From a virus, in the UHGV virus genome UHGV-0110022: a DNA stretch of 48,769 nt. The stretch is one strand, 5' to 3'. Made by a program: the position numbers and the translations under genes. The first letter of the stretch is position 1. Every line of letters starts with the position of its first letter. Shown piece by piece: positions 48,254 through 48,769 of this stretch. The notes beneath the pieces are model-generated. The model saw only the letters and a program-made list of their open reading frames with translations, did not search any database and was not told the origin of the DNA.

Positions 48254-48382
48254 ATGGCTAAGAAAACAGTAGTTCGTTCTGCGATAACTGGTCAGTTTGT
48301 TAAGCCCATTGAAGCTAAACGACATCCTGATACTACGATAACTGAAACTATCAAAATCCCTACCAAGAAAGCTAAGAAATAA
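48254..48382 (+). CDS. small basic protein (42 aa), not in the ORF track
   Basis: GAGGTG RBS 5 nt before ATG; translation MAKKTVVRSAITGQFVKPIEAKRHPDTTITETIKIPTKKAKK. Confidence 0.3.
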   Translation: MAKKTVVRSAITGQFVKPIEAKRHPDTTITETIKIPTKKAKK

Positions 48383-48440
48383 AAATATCTCAAAGTGCCC
48401 ATAGCGGCGCTTATTCATTTGAATGTCTGGAGAGAATTAA

Positions 48441-48719
48441 ATGGCAAACAACTTGTTTGTAACCTATGACTTGATCAAAACCAAAGATTATGCTGCTGTG
48501 CATGATGCTATCAAGGCCTTGGGCAACTGGGCAAAAGTTACCGAGTCGAACTGGTACGTAAATTCGAATTATTCGGTTGAAGAGGCTGCCAGAAAAGTTC
48601 GGGCAGCGATGGATAGCGATGATAAGTTGATTGTTGTTGATGCTAAGAATAACTCTGCTTCCTGGTATAACCTTTTGCCAGCAGTTGAGAATCAAATTCA
48701 AAACGAATGGAATAAATGA
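48441..48719 (+). CDS. hypothetical protein (92 aa)
   Basis: ORF followed by hairpin GGGGGAT..ATCCCCCC. Confidence 0.4.
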   Translation: MANNLFVTYDLIKTKDYAAVHDAIKALGNWAKVTESNWYVNSNYSVEEAARKVRAAMDSDDKLIVVDAKNNSASWYNLLPAVENQIQNEWNK

Positions 48720-48769
48720 GTTATCGGGGGATGGATAATCCCCCCTTAATTACTGGACGTTGTAATTTA

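Overview
The window holds one large temperate prophage (about 36.4 kb in view, left end outside the window) followed by about 12 kb of a second phage-like element. The prophage ends at a 46-nt tRNA-Thr 3' fragment (36383-36428, attR-like). Its backbone, left to right: yfdS/R/Q/P-like early genes (minus strand); a CI/Cro-type immunity switch with CTTAGTT operator repeats; a replication gene with embedded 15-bp iterons; accessory regulators (PerC-like, Dam methyltransferase, LexA-DNA-binding-domain-only protein, RusA, KilA-N, DUF968, Q antiterminator); a lambda-type lysis cassette (holin, R endolysin, overlapping Rz/Rz1); HNH endonuclease plus P27-type small and large terminase; an HK97-type head module; a Mu/e14-like contractile tail with a -1 frameshifted chaperone; and a Pin-invertible tail-fibre segment bounded by about 26-bp inverted sites. 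Four AT-rich cargo insertions interrupt this backbone and are the best candidates for undescribed accessory or defence functions: a stand-alone Walker A/B ATPase between Q and the holin (10792-12045), a 169-aa protein between the lysis genes and HNH (13571-14080), a membrane-anchored protein with its own promoter and terminator inside the tail operon (26542-27072), and a HEPN-motif protein between pin and attR (35198-35680). The region right of the att fragment (36429-48769) carries a small catalytic-domain-only tyrosine recombinase, phased palindromic repeats, tandem near-consensus promoters, a roughly 530-nt structured untranslated leader ending in a terminator, and an orphan capsid module (decoration-like plus E-like major capsid). 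All functional calls rest on motif recognition and gene order read from the sequence; no database search was run.
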